Source of the DNA: Lytechinus pictus
Lineage: Eukaryota
Reading direction: 5' to 3'
Length of the DNA stretch: 60,000 bases
Assembly: GCF_037042905.1 (NCBI RefSeq)
Contig: NC_087245.1
Location: forward strand, 13,456,001-13,516,000
Position numbers and translations under genes: made by a program. The notes below the pieces were generated by a model. The model was not told the DNA's origin. It ran no database searches and saw only the letters and a program-made list of their open reading frames with translations. Below, one piece after another: positions 37,970 to 51,400 of this stretch; the stretch's first letter is position 1; each line of letters starts with the position of its first letter.

Positions 37970-38823
37970 TGTTGTGTAACTGTTAGATCGATTGAAATGC
38001 AACTTTCAGCCAGCATAAATGAAGAAGAAGCAATTGAAGATGAACACTTCATATTCTCTACATTTATTGATCATAGATGATGATAACTTGATGAAAAATA
38101 AACAACACAATAGTAGGTCTAATGGTGACTATTATTCTGAAGATGTCGATAAAATATAAACTCTGCAAACTGGTGTAGTATTGTAAGTTATGATCTAAAA
38201 ACCAATCTGGGCCCCGTCTTACAAAGAGTTACGATTGATCCAATCAATCGTAACTCTATGGAAATCCATCAGTGTCATAATTTTTTTCGACAGGAAAATT
38301 AGCACAATGTCTTTTGTAAAAAAAGAGAAGCACAGCAAATTTTCAAGAACAAAATGAATGCATAAATATACATCATTAAGAAAATATATTGAATAAAATA
38401 CATACATGCATAATAGATGTTGATGTTCCTGGCTATCCATAGTTGCGATTGATTGGATCAATCGCAACTCTTTGTAAGACGGGCCCCAGAAAACAATCTA
38501 TAAACTAAAAAGCCATTCTGGAACCAATCTACCTGGCGTTCAGAAATTAATCTTTTATAATAGTCCGCATAAGACGTCCGGTTGTTGGTCAAGCTTTAGT
38601 ACTTGACCAAAACAATCTGTATACGTCATAAGTTGACTCTGAATTTGGGGGAGTGGACCAGTGAGGAGTAATGTATGCATCAGTTTAGCTCAAGGAAGAA
38701 TGAGTAATACTTTCTAAAGAAAGTTTGAGTTGGTAAAGGAATGGTTTCATGTAATACTTCCTGTAGAAGTATTGATTATGGATGGATATATTATGTGAGT
38801 GGTCTATTAATCATCTTATAACA
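37970..38823 (-). mobile_element. LTR-like block B (putative solo or truncated LTR) containing a MITE
   Basis: Minus strand starts TGTTATA (38823), has TATAAAA (38553-38559) and AATAAA (38063-38068), and ends ...ACAACA immediately followed by TGGCG (PBS-like). No TSD found. Confidence 0.45.
38210..38486. mobile_element. Harbinger/Tourist-like MITE
   Basis: ~35-bp TIR GG(G/C)CCCGTCTTACAAAGAGTT, flanked by CTG/CAG; absent from the homologous site in block A (aatctgaaaac). Confidence 0.85.
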
Positions 38824-39269
38824 GAATAAAGTTTTACCCACCCTCGACCAAGCTTATGTGGCGCGCCTCGTTTATTATATCCTTTTGAATATCATTTTGA
38901 ATATCATTTAATTTAGGTTAGCATTCTTTTTCAGATTTATTATGTAAAATGAGTTGATGAGATTGGAAATTGTGATAAAAGAAGGTATAAGCGGGAAAGA
39001 GCAATTTTTCAGCTCAATGTATGAAAATTTCAACTTGCGTTTCGCGCTCTCATTATTGATCTAGCCCCTTTATCGTTTATCTAGTCCGAGTCACTGGTAT
39101 ACAGATGGAGGTGACAAGGGGGGTGGGGGCTCTTGTCCATCCAAATGATATTTTCATGACCAAGAAAAAAAGAGGAAAGAACCGAGGATGAGGGATAAAA
39201 ATGGAAAGAAAAGAAAGGGGAAAAGCGTGGAATAATCATATTGTAGTTGTTATAAATTTTGCCATGTCC

Positions 39270-39815
39270 TCAGAAGGTTGTGTGTTCAATCCGACCGCGG
39301 CCTAGTGTCCATTGGCAAGGCAGAATCCACGTACACACAGTGGCGTACCTAGGATTTTCCACAGGGGGGCAAAACCGTCCGCCAAAAAATTTTACAAGCA
39401 AAAAAAAAAGTCTTTAATCACAAATAAAGGATTTTGTAACAGAAAAAAAATTGACAAGCAAAAAAAAAGAAAAGGTCTTCAAGCTCGTCAGGGGGGGGGG
39501 GGGTGGGGGGGGGTTGGCAAAAAGGTCTTTCAAGCTCGTCAGGGGGGGGGGGCATGGATACGTCCTGTGCATGCCCTTTGCTGCCCCCCCCCCCCGTAGG
39601 TACTCTAGTGCGTACACACCACTCTCCATCAATGTGTTGAATGGGTATCATGTCTATATGCCTAGCAATTGAGTCTCAGAATTCTTGTTCAAATTCTCCC
39701 CAGGGAGTGGAGAAAGTGCATACATTGTGTGCGGGCATGTCATGATCCGATGATCGGGGTATAATAATAATTGTAAATCGCTTAGAAACATACAAATGCA
39801 GCTATTACGTTATTA
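39270..39815 (+). mobile_element. tRNA-derived SINE remnant (interrupted by the MITE)
   Basis: B-box-like gttcaatcc, Deu/Nin-like core (gaatgggta), AT-rich tail. Confidence 0.55.
39338..39610. mobile_element. hAT-like MITE inserted in a SINE
   Basis: Imperfect CAGTGGCGTACC TIR, exact 8-bp TSD CGTACACA (39330-39337, 39611-39618), internal ~58-bp duplication. Confidence 0.8.
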
Positions 39816-42800
39816 TCATTGTATCATATTTTATATTGTGTCTAAAGCCATTATATAATTAGATTGTGTATGATCGGTTTGCTCAATCGCAGATTTTTAA
39901 AGATAAATTTTGTCCCGTATGCCTCAAGACCGAATTATATGTGAGCTTTATTTCTACAAGACTAAGTCAAAATTGCAAGCGCGAAACGCGTGCTGATTTT
40001 TTTCTTGAAAAATTGACCTGAAAAAAAAAAATCAATTCTCATTTCTTTTGTATGTTTTCCAATTATTTTTTTTTCATTATAGACCCGAATAAAGAAAATG
40101 TACAAAATATGAAGTGATCGATAATCTAAAGGTGGTGAAAATTCGGAGCACAACCTACGTGTTTAATGGTTGCGGGGAGGGACCCGTAAATGTTCAAAAA
40201 AGATAACGCCATGTATAAAAACATAAACAGGAACATGTTATTCCACTTTATCCTAGATTTTCATTTCTTTCTCTGTCCGTCTGTTTCTAACGGTTTCCAA
40301 AAGCAATAAACATAAACACATCGACACAAGGGAGGAGGCATGAGGAAGAGAGAAAAAAAATAAAGAATAAAAAAGAGGAAGAGAGCTATCGAGATATTGT
40401 AATTTCCAACTACAAAGTCATAATTATACATAAAGTTTGTTGATTGGAGTGAATCCGAATGATTCACGCAAATGTGATACATCGAGCTGAACAACAGCAG
40501 GACAAGCAGCAGGACATATACACTCGAATGAAAGCATTAATTGGACTAAAGAAAAAATTAATTACAATATCGGTGAGACTGTGAAGGGCTCGGTGACAAG
40601 AACTTATTCAATTTTGTTTCAAAAGACATCATTGACGCCTGATTAAAATATCATTCAAATTATCATTCCTAAATTTTTCACAAATTTCTAACTTATCTTT
40701 TCGGGAGACGAATTAGCACGAAGAAAATCAGCATCTTGCATACATGTATCTCCGATCATCATAGATATGATAATGACTATTTATGTTATTTGTAAAATGA
40801 TCATAGTGCACATGTGCAATGAACAGAAAATTCGTAGGAAAAGAATAATTCGCAGGGGGGGGGGGTGAAGGACGAGTCACATTTGTCTTTGCATACAATA
40901 GGGGCTTATCTACCCCCACCCGGGCTCCCACCCCTCCCCGGGCCTATACACCCCTATCCGTCTTTCCAATAATCTCCTTCAATTTTGATAAAAAATCGAA
41001 TGCAAACAACATATTTCCTATTACATTCTGCATCATTTATTCGTCAACATCTCTACAAATACTAATTACCATGATTACGTCTTAAGTTTTCTCTGGACAC
41101 AATTTTCAAAGTCCAGAAGAAAGAGTGATTAAACAACATTGTCGGTCGAAGAGAGAAAGAGAAAAAAATCCCATTTCTTACGTCACACATTGCTCTTTTT
41201 ATTTTGCTATCTTCACGATTATAAAAAAATTATTAAAAAAAACTTAAAATATGAAAACTTACCAGGATAAACGACAATATTACTATTATTTACCCTCTTC
41301 CACCCCTTCCCGGGCCTATACACCCTTTTCTCCTGCGACATTGGTTCCGGTCTTGATATCCCAGAGGGGAAAGGGTTGAGGGTTAGGAACGTAATAGAGT
41401 TTTTGGTTTATAGAATTATGTAAAAATTAGGGTGAGGGATTATTTAGTTTTAGAGGTTAGGTTTTACGTTTGGCTTAACGTGTAGATTTTCCATCGGAGC
41501 AATTGTCTCCGGAGCGAATCTAGGGATAGGCCCCTTCCTGGCAGATGATGGTGTGGAAAAGATGCGCTCAGTTAATGTTAGTAATGATGATACATTTGAT
41601 TGTTCTTTCATCTAATCATCTGCTTGTTTCTTTAAGGGCTCTAGCAGGGGCGGATCCAGCTTTCGACAAAAAGGGGGCCGAACAAATTTTCCACGATCGG
41701 CCACTCAAAGTTGATTTTTCGTTTCTTTGAATGGGTAATCCTAACAGTCACTTCTTATCTTTATTCTTACAAAACACAAATAAATAATAACCTCATATAA
41801 GCCCTAATTAAATAGTGCGAGCGCGAAGCACGAGCTAAATCATTTTTTTTTAGATTTCATGTATTTTGTCCTAAAAATTGAAGTCTCTGAGCAATGTCTG
41901 TGATCATGAACAAGATGTGTATGTAACTATATAATTACCACGAATCGCAAACAAAAAGTTTTAATAAACCTTCTGGCCTGATAAAAAATAAGGGACCTAG
42001 ATGTTACGGACTGTTTGCAGTTACCAATGAAAAAGATACATATTTCAACAATCAAATAATACGAGCGCGAAGCGCGAGCTGAAAATGTTTGACATTCTGA
42101 CCTAAAAATTTGACATTCTATAAGCACTTTTTGTAATCATAAACAAGATAGGTAGAAAGTGCATACATTGTGTGCGGGCATGTCATGATCCGATGATCGG
42201 GGTATAATAATAATTGTAAATCGCTTAGAAACATACCAATGCAGCTATTACGTTATTATCATTGTATCATATTTTATATTGTGTCTAAAGCCATTATATA
42301 ATTAGATTGTGTATGCTCGGTTTGCTCAATCGCAGATTTTTAAAGATAAATTTTGTCCCGTATGCCTCAAGACCGAATTATATGTGAGCTTTATTTCTAC
42401 AAGACTAAGTCAAAATTGCAAGCGCGAAACGCGTGCTGATTTTTTTCTTGAAAAATTGACCTGAAAATAAAAAAAAATTCAATTCTCATTTCTTTTGTAT
42501 GTTTTTCAATTATTTTTTTTCATTATAGACCCGAATAAAGAAAACGTAAAAAATATGAAGTGATCGATAATCTAAAGGTGGTGAAAATTCGGAGCACAAC
42601 CTACGTGTTTAATGGTTGCGGGGAGGGACCCGTAAATGTTCAAAAAAGATAACGCCATGTATAAAAACATAAACAGGAACATGTTATTCCACTTTATCCT
42701 AGATTTTCATTTCTTTCTCTGTCCGTCTGTTTCTAACGGTTTCCAAAAGCAATAAACATAAACACATCGACACAAGGGAGGAGGCATGAGTAAGAGAAAA

Positions 42801-45800
42801 AAAGAATAAAGAATAAAAAAGAGGAAGAGAGATATCGAGATATTGTAATTTCCAACTACAAAGTCATAATTATACCTGAAGTTTGTTGATTGGAGTGAAT
42901 CCGAATGATTCACGCAAATGTGATACATCGAGCTGAACAACAGCAGGACAAGCAGCAGGACATATACACTAGAATGAAAGCATTAATTGGACTAAAGAAA
43001 AAAATAATTACAATATCGGTGAGACTGTGAAGGGCTCGGTGACAAGAACTTATTCAATTTTGTTTCAAAAGACATCGTTGACGCCTGATTAAAATATCAT
43101 TCAAATTATCATTCCTAAATTTTCCGCAAATTTCTAACTTATCTTTTCGAGAGACGAATTAGCACGAAGAAAATCAGCATCTTGCATACATGTCTCTCCG
43201 ATCATCATAGATATGATAATGACTATTCATGTTATTTATAAAATGATCATAGTGCGCATGTGCAATGAACAGAAAATTCGTAGGAAAAGAATAATTCGCA
43301 GGGGGGGGGTGGAGGACGAGTCATATTTGTCTTTGCATAAAATAGGGGCATATTTGAAGAGACAATATTTACCCCCACCCGGGGTCCCACCCCTCCCCGG
43401 GCCTATACACCCTTATCCGTCTTTCCAGTAATCTCCTTCAATTTTGATAAAAATTTGAATGCAAACAACATATTTCCTATCACATTCTGCATTATTTATT
43501 CGTCAACATTTCTACAAATACTAATTACGTCTCAAGTTTTCTCTGGACACAATTTTCAAAGTCCAGAAGAAAGAGTGATTAAACAACATTGTCGGTCGAA
43601 GAGAGAAAGAGAAAAAAATCCCATTTCTTACGTCACACATTGCTCTTTTTTATTTTGCTATCTTCACGATTATAAAAAAGTATTTAAAAAAAAGCTTAAA
43701 ATATGAAAACTTACCAGGATAAGCGACAATATTACTATAATTTACCCTCCCCCATCCCTTCCCGGGCCTATACACCCTTTTCTCCTGCGACATTGGTTCC
43801 GGTCTTGATATCCCAGAGGGGAAAGGGTTGAGGGTTAGGAACGTAATAGAGTTTTTGGTTTATAGAATTATGTAAAAATTAGGGTGAGGGATTATTTAGT
43901 TTTAGAGGTTAGGTTTTACGTTTGGCTTAACGTGTAGATTTTCCATCGGAGCAATTGTCTCCGGAGCGAATCTAGGGATAGGCCCCTTCCTGGCAGATGA
44001 TGGTGTGGAAAAGATGCGCTCAGTTAATGTTAGTAATGATGATACATTTGATTGTTCTTTCATCTAATCATCTGCTTGTTTCTTTAAGGGCTCTAGCAGG
44101 GGCGGATCCAGCTTTCGACAAAAAGGGGGCCGAACAAATTTTCCACGATCGGCCACTCAAAGTTGATTTTTCGTTTCTTTGAATGGGTAATCCTAACAGT
44201 CACTTCTTATCTTTATTCTTACAAAACACAAATAAATAATAACCTCATATAAGCCCTAATTAAATAGTGCGAGCGCGAAGCACGAGCTAAATCATTTTTT
44301 TTTTAGATTTCATGTATTTTGTCCTAAAAATTGAAGTCTCTGAGCAATGTCTGTGATCATGAACAAGATGTGTATGTAACTATATAATTACCACGAATCG
44401 CAAGCAAAAAGTTTTAATAAACCTTCTGGCCTGATAAAAAATAAGGGACCTAGATGTTACGGACTGTTTGCAGTTACCAATGAAAAAGATACATATTTCA
44501 ACAATCAAATAATACGAGCGCGAAGCGCGAGCTGAAAATGTTTGACATTCTGACCTAAAAATTTGACATTCTATAAGCACTTTTTGTAATCATAAACAGG
44601 ATAGGTAGAAAGTGCATACATTGTGTGCGGGCATGTCATGATCCGATGATCGGGGTATAATAATAATTGTAAATCGCTTAGAAACATACCAATGCAGCTA
44701 TTACGTTATTATCATTGTATCATATTTTATATTGTGTCTAAAGCCATTATATAATTAGATTGTGTATGCTCGGTTTGCTCAATCGCAGATTTTTAAAGAT
44801 AAATTTTGTCCCGTATGCCTCAAGACCGAATTATATGTGAGCTTTATTTCTACAAGACTAAGTCAAAATTGCAAGCGCGAAACGCGTGCTGATTTTTTTC
44901 TTGAAAAATTGACCTGAAAATAAAAAAAAATTCAATTCTCATTTCTTTTGTATGTTTTTCAATTATTTTTTTTCATTATAGACCCGAATAAAGAAAACGT
45001 AAAAAATATGAAGTGATCGATAATCTAAAGGTGGTGAAAATTCGGAGCACAACCTACGTGTTTAATGGTTGCGGGGAGGGACCCGTAAATGTTCAAAAAA
45101 GATAACGCCATGTATAAAAACATAAACAGGAACATGTTATTCCACTTTATCCTAGATTTTCATTTCTTTCTCTGTCCGTCTGTTTCTAACGGTTTCCAAA
45201 AGCAATAAACATAAACACATCGACACAAGGGAGGAGGCATGAGTAAGAGAAAAAAAGAATAAAGAATAAAAAAGAGGAAGAGAGATATCGAGATATTGTA
45301 ATTTCCAACTACAAAGTCATAATTATACCTGAAGTTTGTTGATTGGAGTGAATCCGAATGATTCACGCAAATGTGATACATCGAGCTGAACAACAGCAGG
45401 ACAAGCAGCAGGACATATACACTCGAATGAAAGCATTAATTGGACTAAAGAAAAAATTAATTACAATATCGGTGAGACTGTGAAGGGCTCGGTGACAAGA
45501 ACTTATTCAATTTTGTTTCAAAAGACATCGTTGACGCCTGATTAAAATATCATTCAAATTATCATTCCTAAATTTTCCGCAAATTTCTAACTTATCTTTT
45601 CGAGAGACGAATTAGCACGAAGAAAATCAGCATCTTGCATACATGTCTCTCCGATCATCATAGATATGATAATGACTATTCATGTTATTTATAAAATGAT
45701 CATAGTGCGCATGTGCAATGAACAGAAAATTCGTAGGAAAAGAATAATTCGCAGGGGGGGGGGGTGGAGGACGAGTCATATTTGTCTTTGCATAAAATAG

Positions 45801-47061
45801 GGGCATATTTGAAGAGACAATATTTACCCCCACCCGGGGTCCCACCCCTCCCCGGGCCTATACACCCTTATCCGTCTTTCCAGTAATCTCCTTCAATTTT
45901 GATAAAAATTTGAATGCAAACAACATATTTCCTATCACATTCTGCATTATTTATTCGTCAACATTTCTACAAATACTAATTACGTCTCAAGTTTTCTCTG
46001 GACACAATTTTCAAAGTCCAGAAGAAAGAGTGATTAAACAACATTGTCGGTCGAAGAGAGAAAGAGAAAAAAAAATCCCATTTCTTACGTCACACATTGC
46101 TCTTTTTTATTTTGCTATCTTCACGATTATAAAAAAGTATTTAAAAAAAAGCTTAAAATATGAAAACTTACCAGGATAAGCGACAATATTACTATAATTT
46201 ACCCTCCCCCACCCCTTCCAGGGCCTATACACCCTTTTCTCCTGCGACATTGGTTCCGGTCTTGATATCCCAGAGGGGAAAGGGTTGATGGTTAGGAATG
46301 TAATAGAGTTTTTGGTTTATAGAATTATGTAAAATTAGGGTGAGGGATTATTTAGTTTTAGAGGTAAGTTTTTACGTTTTGCTTAACGTGTAGATTTTCC
46401 ATCGGAGCAATTGTCTCCGGAGCGAATCTAGGGATAGGCCCCTTCCTGGCAGATGATGATGTGGAAAAGATGCGCTCAGTTAATGTTAGTAATGATGATA
46501 CATTTGATTGTTCTTTCATCTAATCATCTACTTGTTTCTTTAAGGGCTCTAGCAGGGACGGATCCAGCTTTCGACAAAAAGGGGGCCGAAAAAAATTTCC
46601 ACGATCGGCCACTCAAAGTTGATTTTTTGTTTCTTTGAATGGGTAGTCCTAACTGTCACTTCTTATCTTTATTCTTGCAAAACACAAATAAATAATAACC
46701 TCATATAAGCCCTAATTAAATAGTGCGAGCGCGAAGCACGAGCTAAATCATTTTTTTTTAGATTTCATGTATTTTGTCCTAAAAATTGAAGTCTCTGAGC
46801 AATGTTTGTGATCATGAACAAGATGTGTATGTAACTATATAATTACCACGAATCGCAAGCAAAAAGTTTTAATAAACCTTCTGGCCTGATAAAAAATAAG
46901 GGACCTAGATGTTACGGACTGTTTGCAGTTACCCATGAAAAAGATACATATTTCAACAATCAAATAATACGAGCGCGAAGCGCGAGCTGAAAATGTTTGA
47001 CATTCTGACCTAAAAATTTGACATTCTAAAAGCACTTTTTGTAATCATAAACAGGATAGGT
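39711..47061 (+). repeat. Tandem triplication of a ~2.45-kb unit (39711-42153, 42154-44606, 44607-47061)
   Basis: Three near-identical colinear units; junction ...gataggt|agaaagtgcatac seen twice; the ORF track shows the same spurious ORFs at ~2453-bp spacing. Confidence 0.97.
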
Positions 47062-48343
47062 ATATAACTTAACAATTAAGCTGAGCGCGAAGCGCGAGCG
47101 GGAAAAATGAGATTTAGACCTAAAGCGGGACAAATGTTTTGTAAATCATGAATAGGATGAATAATTTTGTATCTTCCTACATTAATAATGCGAAGCGCGA
47201 GAACATTTTTGATACTTTGATTGATATGAAACTGGATAATTTAAGCACGTTTTGAATAAAGAACAAGCTGCATATCGCAATTAACATGTGCGCGCGTGTT
47301 TTGGAGATTTAGACCTAGAATCTGGGCATTCTAAACACATTTCATTTATTATGAAAATCAATGATGCGCAAGCAGGAGCTGAAGTATAATATATATATAT
47401 ATATACATATGAAAATGATGACTATCTTCCTAGGAGTGTATTCCTCTTCCTAAGCGCGAGATGAAACTTGTCGGTATTCCATCCTGAAAAAAGGGACAAT
47501 TTCATTATTAGGAGGAAGCAATTAATTATCTTATTCATTATTATTATTATTATTTTATTCGGCAATTAAAAATACATAAATTATAGTACAATACAAATCA
47601 CACAAACAATAGGACATAGGTGACATAGTACAAAGGACCTGGAATAGAGATGAAGGGGCTGCCTGGGTTTGGAAAAGGTAAACTGAATTACCATGGCCCA
47701 CAGGCCTTCCTTCCCACAACCCTTCACCTCAATCCAGGTCAGTTAAGAATATAAATAAAGAAACATATGAACTGAAACTGGCAACAATTAATTTGAGGGA
47801 AACAAGTGTAACAATGGATCAATCAGCAATCATCATTTCAATTGATTCATTGCAATATAAAAAATTAATTAAATACCTCCTTACTTTTCTTTCTGTTTTC
47901 AGCGTTTCTCTCAAGTTAAAAACATCACTTTTTGAGGGGGGAGTTACCCCAAAATAGGGGGCTGGGGCAGGCTCGCCCCCCCCCCCTTTGATACGCGCCT
48001 GTCTAGGGATGAATATTAGGGTGAATATTCATCGATGGCAGTCTTTTTATATGAATATCCATCGCACAATAGCGTCGAGGATGATGGCAACGGCGCGGTC
48101 TTGTTTTCCTCGAAAATAAAATAGTATGGGTTGGTTTAAGCACAGTAATTTCAGTCATGGACCTATCCACGGAGGATTATTCTATTGTTACTGGGGGTGC
48201 TGAGCATTGTCACATGCAGAAAGGGTCGTTAAAGGATTGAAGGATTCAAATTCAAGACCATTGTACATACGACAATATGAACAATGGGGGGAGGGGGTTA
48301 CATCCCCATCCCAACCATAGGCCAACCTCGGACTGAAGGAGAT

Positions 48344-48377
48344 ACACGTCATCATGGCTCGATGACAGTATATATAA
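48344..48377 (+). promoter_or_regulatory. Proximal promoter of lysozyme B: bZIP-type site (ACACGTCATC) and TATA box (TATATAA)
   Basis: ACACGTCATC at 48344-48353 (reverse complement GATGACGTGT) and tatatataa at 48369-48377, about 45 nt upstream of the ATG. Confidence 0.55.
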
Positions 48378-48419
48378 TGCAAACAAAATCGGCATTATTT
48401 TAGTTGCTCACGAACAAAG

Positions 48420-51400
48420 ATGTTGCTGCTTTGTCTTCTGTTCCATCTTTATTTCCTGTTGGTGTCGGGTGGTGATCCCGGTAAGTTTTCATACTTTAAA
48501 ATTCCTTGAAAAAAACTTTTTTGGGGAAAAATAAATTGTTTGCATTCGAACTTTTATCAAATTTGAAGCAGATTAATGGTCGGACGGATAAGCGTGTAAA
48601 TGCCACCGGAGCTAATGTCTAGTCACGGCATGGGCGGAAATCCCATGGGGGGACAGGGGGACAGAAACAATACTAAATGTCCCCCTACTATTCGAGGTCT
48701 TTTATGATGGAGAGAATTATATCATTCACAATCGATATAATGCACGTATTCTGACCTTACACTTTGGGTGAAAACCTTTTTTTTGCTTGTCAAATTTTCC
48801 CACCCCTTGTCCCCCTACCTTTGGGGACAGATTTCCGCCCATGTTTCACGGTATGGTATAGTGCACCTTCCTCGACCCTCCTCGAGGAAGAAGAAAAGAA
48901 AGAAAAAGAAGAAAGGGAAATAATAAGATTATTCTCAATTGCTTCGCTTTAGCATTGCAGGGAGTCGTTCTGTAAAGTAACTCGATTAATTTTTTTCCCT
49001 TCCCATATATTTGCATTCGAAATTGTTATTAAATTTGAAGCAGATTGTTGGAAGGACGGAAGAAGAAGAAGAAGAAGAAGAAGGAGAAGAAGAAGATAAT
49101 CGATAATCGATAATCTCGATCACTTCGCTTTCACTTATAGGGAGTCGTTTATAAAATAACTCGATTCATTCTTCTTCACCTCCTATAGTACCAGACGATT
49201 GTTTGGCCTGCATCTGTAAAGTTGAATCTGGTTGTAAGATGCCAAACCCGGTCTGTCGAGATGATGTAGGCTCTTTATCCTGTGGTCCTTATCAAATCAA
49301 GGAAGCATACTGGATCGATGCTCAAGAGCAAAAAAAAAAAGATGATGGTGGACGCCTCGGAAGATGTGAGTTCATTGAATTAAAAGGAGAAAATCGAGCA
49401 AGCGTAACTCCGAAAATTCATCGAAATCGGATGTAAAATTAATGTTTTGCTTATTGTCATAACATGATTCAATTCAATTCAATTCAATTCAATTCATTTA
49501 TTTTCTCTTTCAATCTTTTTACATTTACAATGATAGTTCAATATACATATTTACAAAATATAACATTTAAATCATTTTTTTATAATACAATAATACCATG
49601 AAATCGAAAGGGAAGGAGACCAACTAAAAAGCAGAGCTTGTAGGGTGAAGGCCCCCTTTTATAAGTAAATTTTATGAATTAAAAATAAGATAAAATAAAG
49701 AAATAAACAATATATATATATATATATATAATGAATAAAAAAATTAAAAGAATAAAAATTAAATTAAATAATAATAAAAATAAATGATTCAGTATACACT
49801 GTATACAGAAATCATAAAACGATTAAACATATATACAAAGAGAAATTAATAAACACATTTACATATTAAGTTCTGAATTACATTACTTTGGGAAAAAACG
49901 ATAATCTAATATGAATTCAGAAGATATTTTTTAAGTTTTCCTTTGAAATTGTGTATTGAATTACATTGTATAATATCCTTTGAAAAAGAATGATGTCAGT
50001 AATACATCAGTCACATTTGCTCTACTGCCGTACGGCGAGTCAAAAACATCCGTTTTTAATTTTTTGTACCAGCTACATGTCGGTGGTTTGTATTAAAATG
50101 AATAAACGGCTGTTTTCGACTCGCCGTATAACATGTTCATTGAACAGAACCGTCTGTTAATGACGATCAAAATTCTTGAAATAGCATTTATTCGTTCAAA
50201 ATGTTTTGATAATGATCAGCATTTGCGTAGTAAAGTAAGGAGCGGTTCTAGGCCAAAAATTTGGTGGGGCTTCTGTCTGGGGCTTGAGAAATTTTCGACA
50301 ATGGTTTCTTCAATACAATGAAAATGGTCTATCGCGTGCAGCATATGTTATGTGTACATGGGAGACTATATAATGATCTGACTAAGCAGCTAATCCCCCG
50401 CCCTCTGCCCCTAAATGTTTCTAATATTGAGCGAGGGAGCGTAGTGACTGTGCAAAAATAATATTAAAAATGATGGAGAATGTTTTTCATAAACATGTCA
50501 TAAACAAAAACACCCATTATGCCCCGATTGGAATTATACATAATTATGTAGATGAGTGCATGCGATTTCACTTCACGATGGGGGGGGGGGGGGGCAGAAT
50601 TAGGAAGGGGATATGCATTAATCTTTCCATTCGTTTCATTTTCTACGGGATTGAAATGAATGAAAATATCTTACTTTCAAGAGCGATATTTTCAAATTTT
50701 AGAGAGATTTAAACGTAATAAAGTATGACAGCCTGAGGGAATGTGTAAATGGTATCCTCTAAATTTTTTGAAGTAATACATAGCGTTTGGAACACTTGAT
50801 TATGAACTTCCAAATGTTTATAAATCTGCAACATCTTTTTAAATTATATCGCTTAAAAGAATGGTGCGAGGGAAATCTCAAAATATTGCATATTTTATGT
50901 ATGCAAACCTAAAAAGTGAATGCTCAGAGCATTTATTTTTGTAATGGGGATGAAGATGCGTGGTTAAGTAAGCAATTAATCACCAAGCGCGAACTGAAAT
51001 TTGTAGCATACCGACCTGAAAATAAGAAAAGGGACCTGTTTAGGACAGTTTGCAGTGCATATCTCACCAACCAAATAATGAGAACCAAAAACGCGAACTG
51101 AAAATGTTTGATATATTCTGACCTAAAAAAAAAACCTTTTTCGCCGATGATCAGAGTGGGTATCCATAACAACTGATGCTTACGTTTTGCGCTCGCATTT
51201 GCGCTCGCATCAGTCTGACATTTTGATCTAACAAAATATGATTTTATGTACGTTTATAAAAAAGAAAAAAAAAAGAAAGAAGTATATCCAATACAGAATT
51301 ATTGCAAATCTGAAGTGGGAGCATCTTTGAGGCTAAGATCTAAAACGGGACATTCTCTTTACTTGTTATAATCATGAAATAGATGGTTGTCTTGCTTAAT

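Noticed and set aside
41545..41730. Triplicated 61-aa ORF with hydrophobic N-terminus (MMVWKRCAQLMLVMMIHLIV...)
   Set aside because: The second half runs into a transposon terminus; recurrence is explained by the recent triplication.
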